This document shows, piece after piece, positions 1 through 7,867 of a stretch of 13,314 nucleotides of DNA. The position numbers and the translations under genes are program-made. The stretch lies in assembly GCA_029564175.1 (NCBI GenBank), contig JAKQQL010000395.1, forward strand, positions 1-13,314. The letters are read 5' to 3'. This stretch comes from Candidatus Cloacimonadota bacterium (GTDB lineage Bacteria > Cloacimonadota > Cloacimonadia > Cloacimonadales > WRIO01). Every line of letters starts with the position of its first letter. The first letter of the stretch is position 1. The notes below the pieces were generated by a model, which did not search any database, was not told where the DNA came from, and saw only the letters and a list, made by a program, of their open reading frames with translations.

Positions 1-80
1 ATAATTAAAAAAAATTCCAGAAATTCCTCATTTTGTCCGGGTAATATAAGTAGAGGATGCATCACTCGAAAATACTAAAG

Positions 81-86
81 AGGAGG
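81..86 (+). promoter_or_regulatory. Shine-Dalgarno site of ORF 92..535
   Basis: Perfect AGGAGG 5 nt upstream of the ATG at 92. Confidence 0.85.
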
Positions 87-91
87 AAACC

Positions 92-535
92 ATGCGTGTT
101 TACCTTAAGAAAAACATTACTGCCTATTCAGGCAAAGACAACGAAGAGGATGTGGTTTATTCTGCACATAATGAAGGCAATGTCTGTATTGCAAGAAACT
201 ACACGATTCCTAAAGAAAGCCCTCAGCACCTTGTGTTTAAAGCTAATTCCGATGCTGTTAGCACTATCTGGTCTCAGGCTACTGCTGACTACAAAGATGA
301 TCTGAAAACTTATGCTAAAATTCTCAATGAAAACTTCCCTAACAAACTGAAAGCTGGCTGTTATTCTATTTTTATCAGAATCTTGTATGCTTACAGCAAA
401 TCAGAAGGGGTTCAGGTCAGTACACTGGATATTGCCACACTTCGCACTTCAGTTGTAAAGAGTGTCAAATCTGCTATGGATAACAATTTCATTACTAAAG
501 TGGATAGCGTTTCTGAGCTTGATAAGGTCATGTAA
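92..535 (+). CDS. Hypothetical protein, 147 aa, soluble, first gene of a three-gene cassette
   Basis: Strong RBS, clean ORF, hairpin right after the stop. N-terminal pattern YSGK..EDVVY....G..CIAR.Y..P followed by helical W...YKDDLKTYA. No signal peptide or TM segment. Function not recognisable. Confidence 0.9.
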   Translation: MRVYLKKNITAYSGKDNEEDVVYSAHNEGNVCIARNYTIPKESPQHLVFKANSDAVSTIWSQATADYKDDLKTYAKILNENFPNKLKAGCYSIFIRILYAYSKSEGVQVSTLDIATLRTSVVKSVKSAMDNNFITKVDSVSELDKVM

Positions 536-546
536 ATCATCAACAA

Positions 547-579
547 AGGGGGTCGTAATTGGCGACTCCCTCATTTATT
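547..579 (+). terminator. GC-rich hairpin with weak U-tract (leaky terminator or mRNA-stabilising stem)
   Basis: AGGGGGTCGT (547-556) pairs with GCGACTCCCT (562-571): 10 bp with two G-U pairs, loop AATTG, followed by CATTTATT. Confidence 0.6.
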
Positions 580-595
580 ATGAGAGGAGATACCC

Positions 596-784
596 ATGAA
601 TAGAGAAGAATTAAGCCTTTATATGATGAAGCTCATGCCCTACAAAAGTATCGTGAATGTCATCATCAGCGCCTTGCGTTTTCATGCAATTCGTACAAAT
701 AACAAACTGGATGATTTGATTATCGAAGTGCTTGAAAGTGTTCTGAATAAAGCCTTTCAGATTGAGGATAAACAAAATGGCTGA
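596..784 (+). CDS. Small hypothetical protein, 62 aa, with amphipathic helices and a T-N-N-K-L-D-D motif
   Basis: RBS GAGGAG at 584-589, ATG at 596. The stop overlaps the start of the next gene by 8 nt, suggesting translational coupling. Confidence 0.75.
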   Translation: MNREELSLYMMKLMPYKSIVNVIISALRFHAIRTNNKLDDLIIEVLESVLNKAFQIEDKQNG

Positions 785-953
785 GATATATAAAATGCTA
801 CTTGATTTTACGATTTGGCCTATCCTGATCAGTATCTTGATTTATCTGTGGAAAGACCTTGTTAACCGCGTCAAAAACATCGAAAACCGGTCAATGAGAA
901 TCGAAAAAGACATTGTCAGACTCTCAACCCTGATTGAAAACTTAGGCGGTTAA
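777..953 (+). CDS. Small single-TM plus coiled-coil protein, 58 aa, holin-like architecture (BhlA/UviB-like)
   Basis: RBS GAGG at 764-767 and ATG at 777 (preferred over the TTG at 762). Hydrophobic LLDFTIWPILISILIYLW followed by heptad-like LVNRVKNIENRSMRIEKDIVRL. The holin call rests on architecture only. Confidence 0.7.
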   Translation: MAEIYKMLLDFTIWPILISILIYLWKDLVNRVKNIENRSMRIEKDIVRLSTLIENLGG

Positions 954-968
954 ATCCGCCTTTTATTT
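944..968 (+). terminator. Intrinsic terminator, possibly bidirectional
   Basis: AGGCGG (944-949) / CCGCCT (956-961) stem with the TAA stop in the loop, followed by TTTATTT. Sits between convergent genes. Confidence 0.8.
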
Positions 969-1299
969 AATCATAAGTAATATATTCTGTTTTTTTGCTG
1001 GTATGCTGTGTTTTATCCCCAACCAAGGGTCTAAAAGCATCCAGAACAATACTCAGACCAGTAAGAATTAATAAACCAGGCCAAAAAAGCTTAAACATCA
1101 TCAGTAATGGAATACCACACAGCCAGAGGATTGACTGAAAATGTCTCAATTTATTCGCCTTAAAGAATAGTTTTGGAATCTGAGACACGCCTATCACTAA
1201 TAAGATTCCAGGAAACATACTAAAATTGTCAAGCAGCATAATACAGGCGATACCGATTAATATCAGCCCGATTGAGAAATGGTCAATGTTGAAGTTCAT
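967..1299 (-). CDS. Small 4-TM membrane protein with LiaF/LiaI-like TM repeats
   Basis: RBS AGGAG (complement of 1305-1309). Two internal repeats ending MFPGILLVIG and LFWPGLLILTG, resembling the W-P-x-x-L-I-x-x-G pattern of LiaF-type TM hairpins. Confidence 0.75.
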   Translation of the reverse strand: MNFNIDHFSIGLILIGIACIMLLDNFSMFPGILLVIGVSQIPKLFFKANKLRHFQSILWLCGIPLLMMFKLFWPGLLILTGLSIVLDAFRPLVGDKTQHTSKKTEYITYD

Positions 1300-1309
1300 A
1301 CTGACTCCT

Positions 1310-2569
1310 TTACTTCAGTTTTAAAGTGATTTCTCTTTGTTTACCTTTTCTGATATGATATTTTTCGTTGTTAATATACAGATTGACATATTGCTTAGCC
1401 GGCGGAATAAATAAAAAGAGATAGCCTTTTTCATTTGTTTTTTTGGGTTTAACATGAGGGCATTTTAAGGTATTATGACAGACTTCTTTTAAAGCAAGCG
1501 GTCTGTTTCTCTGGTCTTTAATCCTGAGTGAGTAGGTGTTTAAATCTAGATATTCTAAAGTGTTAATCAAGGCATTGATGTTTTTGTCAACGATTTGTTT
1601 CATCATGTCGTTCCTGGGAAAAATGATCGATTTTCGCTTATAAATTCCACCTACTTCAATATCAAAGAAATAGCTCCCAGTCTCAGCATAAGCCCAGTCT
1701 CTTAAAAAGCCCACCTTTGAAGTGGTACTGGTATGCACCAGGTAGTTCCCTTCCGTGTAATCCTTTGGTAAATATTTGGAAAAAATAGTCGCAATCGCTC
1801 TCATATCATACCAGTGAGGTGATTTGTTATCAGCCCAGTTCCACGGGAAAAATATCCGTTCATTGAAGTCACCAATATAAGAACTATGATAATTAACAGC
1901 CAGATAAAATCTTTCTCTTTTTAGCAAATCCATCATGATGCGAGTTTCTTTTTCAGAGGCAGGAGATTTGCCGGCATAATAGGGTTCATTGGGCTTGTTT
2001 TGAATCTCTTTATTCCAGTTGATCGGATAATTTCTGTTTAGGTCCACCCCATCAGAGCCCTTATCAAATCGGCCATTAGCGTTTGTGTCAGTCTTATTTT
2101 TACGATGATTGGCATATAATCCAGAACTGACCACTTGAAACCCTTCAGGGTTAATCGTCGGGATAAAATAAAAGTTAAAAGCGCTCAGTAAGTTCTTAAT
2201 TCTTTCATTTTTATCATGATTGATCAAGAGATATTCAGCAAAATTCATACAAATTTCAAGACCTAAAGGCTCAGAGGAATGAATCTGACCAATAATCAAA
2301 ATAGTGGGTTTATCAAATTGCTTTTCTTTGGGGTTAAATCCGATTTTAAAGCTTCTGATCGGCAGATTTTCATTGTTTGAATAGCCAATGACCTCAGGAT
2401 AAAAAACATTGTAATATTTTTGATTCCAATAATTTATCTTTCTGACAATATCATTTTTTCGGTGATATGCCTTATCAAGCGGAAACTTATTTTCCTTAGC
2501 TACAGCTATCTGAAATGATACCGTAAACATCATCAAAACGACTATATATTTTAACATTTTGCCAATCAT
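1310..2569 (-). CDS. Secreted M14 family zinc carboxypeptidase
   Basis: Signal peptide (MIGKMLKYIVVLMMFTVSFQIAVA); HxxE zinc motif GQIHSSE; NPEG; GVDLNRNYP; SEKET; third ligand in NYHSS; likely catalytic Glu in DIEVG; short beta-rich C-terminal domain. Confidence 0.92.
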   Translation of the reverse strand: MIGKMLKYIVVLMMFTVSFQIAVAKENKFPLDKAYHRKNDIVRKINYWNQKYYNVFYPEVIGYSNNENLPIRSFKIGFNPKEKQFDKPTILIIGQIHSSEPLGLEICMNFAEYLLINHDKNERIKNLLSAFNFYFIPTINPEGFQVVSSGLYANHRKNKTDTNANGRFDKGSDGVDLNRNYPINWNKEIQNKPNEPYYAGKSPASEKETRIMMDLLKRERFYLAVNYHSSYIGDFNERIFFPWNWADNKSPHWYDMRAIATIFSKYLPKDYTEGNYLVHTSTTSKVGFLRDWAYAETGSYFFDIEVGGIYKRKSIIFPRNDMMKQIVDKNINALINTLEYLDLNTYSLRIKDQRNRPLALKEVCHNTLKCPHVKPKKTNEKGYLFLFIPPAKQYVNLYINNEKYHIRKGKQREITLKLK

Positions 2570-2588
2570 AATCTATCCTTTTATAACC

Positions 2589-2668
2589 ATAATAAAAAGA
2601 TAATGAAATAAATCAAGAAAATGTTGTTTTTTTTTAAAAATGACTTATATTATTCATTGGTGTATTAT
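2589..2668. promoter_or_regulatory. Divergent sigma70-like promoter candidates
   Basis: Minus strand: TTGATT (2616-2611), 16 nt, TATTAT (2594-2589). Plus strand: ATGACT (2640-2645), 17 nt, TATTAT (2663-2668). The region is very AT-rich, so chance matches are possible. Confidence 0.4.
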
Positions 2669-2704
2669 AAAAAGGTGAAATAAGAAATTAATCAGAGGTG
2701 AATT

Positions 2705-3061
2705 ATGAGTGTCAAAGACATATTCCAATCCTTCATGGATAAGTTGCAGATGTCAGCTAATGTCGGTATCGTGTTTGGTGCACCTATTCAGGTGAGTAAC
2801 AAAACCATTATTCCTGTGGCAAAAACGCAATACGGTTTCGGAGCCGGTGGTGCCAGTCTTTCCTTAAATACGGATAACAATGACAATTCAGATGCAGGTG
2901 GAGGAGGTGGTGGTATCAAGACAGTTCCTGTGGGTGTTCTGGAAGTTACTCCCGATAAAACAAGATTTATACCGACAATATCAGTTGGAGATATTATTAT
3001 GGCTTTTAGTATCATTCTCACGTTTATCTATCGTATGCATAAAGTAAAAAATAAAAGGTAA
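2705..3061 (+). CDS. gerW: GerW/YtfJ family protein with C-terminal TM segment
   Basis: Family motifs VFGAPI, TIIPVA, YGFGAGG, GGGGGG.K..PVGVL and RFIP. RBS GAGGTG at 2695-2700. Confidence 0.85.
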   Translation: MSVKDIFQSFMDKLQMSANVGIVFGAPIQVSNKTIIPVAKTQYGFGAGGASLSLNTDNNDNSDAGGGGGGIKTVPVGVLEVTPDKTRFIPTISVGDIIMAFSIILTFIYRMHKVKNKR

Positions 3062-3068
3062 GATCAAA

Positions 3069-3836
3069 ATGAAAGTATTTAGCGTATGTGGATTGCATCA
3101 CAGTGGCAAAACAACCGTCTGTGAAGAAATGATGAAAGTAATGAAGTTATCCGGATTTTCAGTTTCATCCATAAAAGATATTCATCAGGATAATTTCTCA
3201 ATGGACAGAGAAGGTTCAAATTCATGGCGACACCTACAGGCTAACAGAGAATCAGTCATTGCCAGAAGCTTAAACGAAACCTGCATGATTTGGAACAGAC
3301 AATTAAATCTCAAAGATATGCTGGATCACATGCACACAGACTGGGTAGTCGTTGAAGGTATGAAATCAGCACCACTACCTAGAATACTCTGTGCTAACAG
3401 TTTGGAACAGCTTGAAGAACAGTTTGATGACCTCGTATTTGCCATATCGGGACCTGTTTCAGAAGAGATTAGTGAATATCGGGGCATACCGGCTATCAAT
3501 GCCATAAACAATGGAAATCAGCTTTTTGAACTCATCAGAGAGAAAGTCTTTGAAGTATTGCCTTTTCATAAAGATGGATTTTGCGGTCATTGTGGACTGA
3601 ATTGCTTTGAATTGACAGCTCAGATTTTAAAAGGTAAAAAAAGCCGTACGGATTGTGCAGTTAAAAGCCCTGAAAACTTCAGCGTTTATTTTAATCATGA
3701 AGAAGTGATGATGAACAGCTTTGTTAAAGATTTGCTAAATGATATACTGAGTGGAGTTTGCAGAAATTTAAAAGGGTATAAAAAAGGTGACCAGGTAGAG
3801 ATCTCTTTTAAAGAAAACAATGAACAAAAAAGCTGA
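3069..3836 (+). CDS. mobB: Molybdopterin-guanine dinucleotide biosynthesis protein B with C-terminal Fe-S binding domain
   Basis: Walker A GLHHSGKTT, IKDIH, D.EG.NS.RH, VVVEGMK; cysteine motif CGHCGLNC...C; C-terminal V.MN.FV...L..I..G....LKG tail. Confidence 0.9.
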   Translation: MKVFSVCGLHHSGKTTVCEEMMKVMKLSGFSVSSIKDIHQDNFSMDREGSNSWRHLQANRESVIARSLNETCMIWNRQLNLKDMLDHMHTDWVVVEGMKSAPLPRILCANSLEQLEEQFDDLVFAISGPVSEEISEYRGIPAINAINNGNQLFELIREKVFEVLPFHKDGFCGHCGLNCFELTAQILKGKKSRTDCAVKSPENFSVYFNHEEVMMNSFVKDLLNDILSGVCRNLKGYKKGDQVEISFKENNEQKS

Positions 3837-3875
3837 AATATTTAAATCAAAAGCCTGAAACAAGACAAATCATAT

Positions 3876-3927
3876 AAGCAACTTAGTCTGAATTTGAAAA
3901 ACAATACAGATTGAGTTTGCTTTTTTT
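3876..3927 (+). terminator. Long hairpin between convergent genes, probable terminator
   Basis: AAGCAACTTAGTCTG (3876-3890) pairs with CAGATTGAGTTTGCTT (3907-3922) with two G-U pairs and one bulge; T7 tract at 3921-3927. Confidence 0.65.
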
Positions 3928-6445
3928 ATCTTCTATCCAATACCTCTCTGATTATTCTGGATAATTCATTTACTGAAAAAGGCTTTTGAATAAATGGGAC
4001 ACCCTCATCCAGCACGCCATGTTTTGAGATCACATTGGCAGTATAACCAGACATATAGATAAATTTTAAGCGTGGATTCTCAGATTGTAGCTTCCCTACT
4101 ATTTCTTTTCCGTTCATATCCGGCATAATCACGTCTGTTAGCAGTAAATCGATTTCATACTTCTTTTCTGATGCCAATTTAATCGCATCGTAAGGATTTG
4201 AAGCCGATAATACCGTATATCCCAGACTTTCCAACATCATCACACCCATGTTTAAAATTGAAGCCTCATCTTCAACCAGTAAGATTGTTTCAGCACCACC
4301 AACCAGTTTAAATTCTACTTCAGGTTCAGGTTCAAACTGCTTCTCAACTACAAATCGGGGCAGATAGATATGAAATGAAGTACCTCTCCCCTCTTCGCTA
4401 TAGACATTGATAAAGCCATTATTTTGCCTGACAGCACCATAGATCGTCGCTAAGCCAAGACCGGTACCCTTACCATTTTCTTTGGTCGTAAAGAAAGGTT
4501 CAAAAATATGGGGTAAAAGTTCTTTGCTAATACCAGAGCCGGTATCACTCACAGATAATCTGATAAACTGACCTGCTCTGACATCTGGATTTTCATAAAC
4601 CGATTTTTCGGTAAAGACGGCATTAGAGGTTTCAATTGTGATCTTTCCATTCCCTTTGATTGCATCTCTTGAATTGACACACAAATTTGCCAGAATCTGA
4701 TCAATCTGGGAAGGGTCAAGCTTGACTGGCCAAACATCTTTTGAAGGCAACCATTCCAGATCAATATCTTCGCCAATAATTCTAATCAACATTTTTAACA
4801 TGCCTTCAATCGTTTCATTCAAGTCCAGTATTTTAGGTTCAATCGTTTGTTTCCTAGCAAATGCCAGTAACTGTCTGGTAAGATTGGAAGATCTTTCAGC
4901 AGCTTTACGGATTTCAGTTAAGTTGTAATAAATCGGATCATCCTGTTTTATCTTTACTAATGCTAAATCAGAAAAACCAATAATAACACCCAGCATATTG
5001 TTAAAGTCGTGAGCAACCCCTCCAGCCAATCTGCCAACTGATTCCATTTTCTGAGCCTGAAGCAGTTGTTCAGACAGCCTTTTCTGTTCCTGCTCAGCAA
5101 GTTTCAATTCATTTATATTTCTTGTAATCCCCTGAAGTCCGATTGGTTCGCCTTTATCATTTCGCATAAAGGTTGCGCTTAATGAAACCCAGATAAGCTC
5201 ATTCTGATTGTTGTACTGTTGTACTTCAAGGATTCTACTGCGTTGTTTATCGATAGTAGGGTCTTTTTCCAGTTCAATATTTTCAGCAACAGCTTCATAG
5301 ATTAATTTAAGTGATTCAGGGGAATAATTACTGGTGATAGGCCGTTTTAAATATTCCTCAACCGTAAACCCGAAAATCCTCATGACAGAGGGACTGACGT
5401 AAGTGGTATTCATATTCAGGTCAATCGTCCAGGCCATATCAGACATATTTTCAGCTAATCTTCGGTATTTTTCTTCACTTTCTTTCAAAGATAACATTCT
5501 CTGATTCAATCTGCGTTTTAAAAGCAAACTGAGCAAAACAAGCGCCAGCACCAGAATAATCAAAAACATGCCTGTCAGGTTTAAAATCAGCCATGTCCGT
5601 TCAGACATTCCTTTTTCCTGATCGAGACGAATCCATTGTCTTCTAATATCGGTCAATTCTTGTTCTGGAATTGATTTCAATGCCTTCTGTACGACATTGT
5701 ATAAAATAGGGTATTTCTTGCTGATTCCAATTGAAAATGAAAAAAAATAATCCGTTTTACCAGCAACTTTGAGATTAGGGATCCCTTCCTTTTCAATAAA
5801 ATAGGCAGCAACAGCCAGATTTTCAGCAAATGCATCAATCTGACCGAAAGAAACACTATTAATCGCTTCCTGAACATTAAAAAAACTGACCACATCGTAA
5901 TTATAGACAAGCGCCTGGTCTCTCAGATACTTTTCCGTTGCGTATCCAGAAACTACGCCTATTCTTTTGCCATTAAAATCTTTTAAACTCAGATTAGCTT
6001 CGTTACCGGTAGTCGTTATCAACACAACAGGGACAGTCGCATACGGTTGAGTAAAGATAATATAGTCTTCCCTATCCTGAGTTCTGACGATAGTAGGCGC
6101 AACAGCACATTCACCTGATTTAAGCGCATTGAGATGATCATTCCAGTCAAGAGATGGTTTTTTTGTAAAAGTAATTTCAGTAATCTCTTCCACCCGCTTG
6201 ATAACATCAGCCCCCATGCCAATAAAAACGCCTTTTTCAGATGCAAACTCAATCGGTGGAAATTCGGCATTATACCAAAGAGTCAGTTTATCCTGATTAT
6301 CATTAAGCCAGTTAATCTCCTCCTGAGTCAGTTCAACTTTTATCTGTTTTCTGGCACCTAAACCGTAAAAAGCAAAAATAATAATCACAAACGATGATAA
6401 GACGATACTGATATTCTGTATTTTTTTTATCATATATTCACTCAT
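3926..6445 (-). CDS. Hybrid sensor histidine kinase/response regulator (SBP family 3 sensor, TM, PAS, HisKA, HATPase, REC)
   Basis: Periplasmic binding motifs FPPIEF, G.F.GM..D, FTQPY; TM segment; PAS (YVSPSV.RIFGF); H-box [14 protein letters not shown]-box [14 protein letters not shown]1 DTGSGI; F-box [10 protein letters not shown]2 GTGLGL; receiver [33 protein letters not shown] (complement of 6451-6456). Confidence 0.96.
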   Translation of the reverse strand: MSEYMIKKIQNISIVLSSFVIIIFAFYGLGARKQIKVELTQEEINWLNDNQDKLTLWYNAEFPPIEFASEKGVFIGMGADVIKRVEEITEITFTKKPSLDWNDHLNALKSGECAVAPTIVRTQDREDYIIFTQPYATVPVVLITTTGNEANLSLKDFNGKRIGVVSGYATEKYLRDQALVYNYDVVSFFNVQEAINSVSFGQIDAFAENLAVAAYFIEKEGIPNLKVAGKTDYFFSFSIGISKKYPILYNVVQKALKSIPEQELTDIRRQWIRLDQEKGMSERTWLILNLTGMFLIILVLALVLLSLLLKRRLNQRMLSLKESEEKYRRLAENMSDMAWTIDLNMNTTYVSPSVMRIFGFTVEEYLKRPITSNYSPESLKLIYEAVAENIELEKDPTIDKQRSRILEVQQYNNQNELIWVSLSATFMRNDKGEPIGLQGITRNINELKLAEQEQKRLSEQLLQAQKMESVGRLAGGVAHDFNNMLGVIIGFSDLALVKIKQDDPIYYNLTEIRKAAERSSNLTRQLLAFARKQTIEPKILDLNETIEGMLKMLIRIIGEDIDLEWLPSKDVWPVKLDPSQIDQILANLCVNSRDAIKGNGKITIETSNAVFTEKSVYENPDVRAGQFIRLSVSDTGSGISKELLPHIFEPFFTTKENGKGTGLGLATIYGAVRQNNGFINVYSEEGRGTSFHIYLPRFVVEKQFEPEPEVEFKLVGGAETILLVEDEASILNMGVMMLESLGYTVLSASNPYDAIKLASEKKYEIDLLLTDVIMPDMNGKEIVGKLQSENPRLKFIYMSGYTANVISKHGVLDEGVPFIQKPFSVNELSRIIREVLDRR

Positions 6446-6465
6446 AAATACTCCTCAATAATGAC

Positions 6466-6493
6466 AATATAAGGGGTTACTCAAAATAATCAA
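6466..6493 (-). promoter_or_regulatory. Candidate sigma70-like promoter of the kinase gene
   Basis: TTGATT (6493-6488), 16 nt, TATATT (6471-6466). Same -35 and spacing as the candidate upstream of the carboxypeptidase. Confidence 0.4.
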
Positions 6494-6517
6494 CAAAATT
6501 TAGAAAAAAAAGAATAA

Positions 6518-7861
6518 TCACCGTCTTTTTAACAAACACAAACTCTCAATATGCCATGTATGGGGAAACATATCAAATGGGATGATTTGACTGGTCTGAT
6601 AACCCTGTTTCAAAAAACGAATGAGGTCACGGCATTGGGTGGATGGATTACAGCTCATATATATGACTTCAGGGATATTCAAAGAGGCAATTAAATCAAT
6701 AATCTTATCATCTAATCCTTTTCTGGGTGGGTCAAAAACAATTAAATCAATCTGCTTATCCCTCATCAAATCTGGTAAAACACGCTCTACTTCGCCTTGT
6801 ATAAAACTAATATTTCTGATAGAATTTATATTCGCATTCTCTCTTGCATTTTCAGAGGCTTCCGGATTGCTCTCTACACAAATAATCTCCTGATGAATAT
6901 CAGCGAGACTTATCCCTATCGTTCCAGTTCCAGAATAAGCATCCAATACAACTTTGCCAGTTCCTGAAAGAGAACGGATAAGCTGATACATGGCATTCGC
7001 CTGAGGTAGATTCACCTGAAAAAACGCTTTGTAATGTATTTTAAAACTCAGATGATTCAACTTTTCATTTAAATAGTATCGACCAAATAAGAGCTTATCT
7101 TCCTGACCTAAAATGACATTGCTGTTATGAGGCTGGATATTCTGAATAATGCCACAAACCTGAGGGAAATTTTCCTGAATCTGTCTTAACAACAAATTCG
7201 TAAATGGCAGTTTTCTGTTTTTTGTGACTAATATCAGCAAGATTTCAGTATGATCATGATTACTGCGGACACCAATATGTCTCAAATTACCTGAAAAAGA
7301 TTTCTCATTATATATCTGAGCATGAGATTTTTGAATATAATCTATGATTTCATCAGCAATCTGATTAAAGACAGGCGGGTGTATATAACAGTGTTTCTGA
7401 GATACTACCTCATGACTGGAACGGGCATACATACCATAAACAGGAATCTCTTCATTCAAACTCAAAGGCATAAAAGATTTGTTACGATAATAGTCTGTCT
7501 GATCAGAAGCAGTAATACTTTTAATGAGCACCTGCTCCTGAAGAGGGCGGTAAATATCTTTCAGAATCTCATTTTTTAATTGTAACTGATCTGAGTAATC
7601 AATATTGACCCAGTCACAACCACCACATCTGGCAGCCAATTCACATCTTTCCTGCTTTCTAAGTGGTGAGGGCTGGATGATACTTTGGGTTTTACCAAAT
7701 AAATTAGTTTTTTTTTTGTATAATATCTCAGCATGAATGACATCACCTGGCAGTGCATTTTCAATAAAGACAGCTGAGCCTTCATGATGCGCTAATCCAT
7801 ATCCCTGATGAACACATTTTTCTATTTTCAGATTGGATATCGTATAAGGAAATTCATTCAT
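6518..7861 (-). CDS. rlmD: 23S rRNA (uracil-C5)-methyltransferase RlmD
   Basis: N-terminal TRAM domain; Fe-S motif C.....CGGC; YRNK; AFFQVN; SAM motif LDAYSGTGTIG; FDPPRKG; catalytic YMSCNPST; FDMFPHTWHIE. Confidence 0.96.
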   Translation of the reverse strand: MNEFPYTISNLKIEKCVHQGYGLAHHEGSAVFIENALPGDVIHAEILYKKKTNLFGKTQSIIQPSPLRKQERCELAARCGGCDWVNIDYSDQLQLKNEILKDIYRPLQEQVLIKSITASDQTDYYRNKSFMPLSLNEEIPVYGMYARSSHEVVSQKHCYIHPPVFNQIADEIIDYIQKSHAQIYNEKSFSGNLRHIGVRSNHDHTEILLILVTKNRKLPFTNLLLRQIQENFPQVCGIIQNIQPHNSNVILGQEDKLLFGRYYLNEKLNHLSFKIHYKAFFQVNLPQANAMYQLIRSLSGTGKVVLDAYSGTGTIGISLADIHQEIICVESNPEASENARENANINSIRNISFIQGEVERVLPDLMRDKQIDLIVFDPPRKGLDDKIIDLIASLNIPEVIYMSCNPSTQCRDLIRFLKQGYQTSQIIPFDMFPHTWHIESLCLLKRR

Positions 7862-7867
7862 ACAGGA

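Noticed and set aside
57..305. 82-aa overlapping ORF upstream of and within ORF 92..535
   Set aside because: No properly spaced RBS (GAGG touches the ATG) and it overlaps a better supported gene in another frame. An overprinted gene cannot be fully excluded without ribosome profiling.
762..776. TTG start for the third cassette gene
   Set aside because: This stretch contains the RBS for the ATG at 777.
1..970. Calling the left cassette a prophage or mobile element feature
   Set aside because: No integrase, att-like repeat, terminal inverted repeat or recognisable hallmark viral gene is visible, so it is reported only as a hypothesis.
7708..7717. T10 tract in rlmD (and T9 at 2627-2635) as phase-variation sites
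   Set aside because: rlmD is in frame (Lys-Lys-Lys-Thr) and A/T runs are frequent throughout this AT-rich window.
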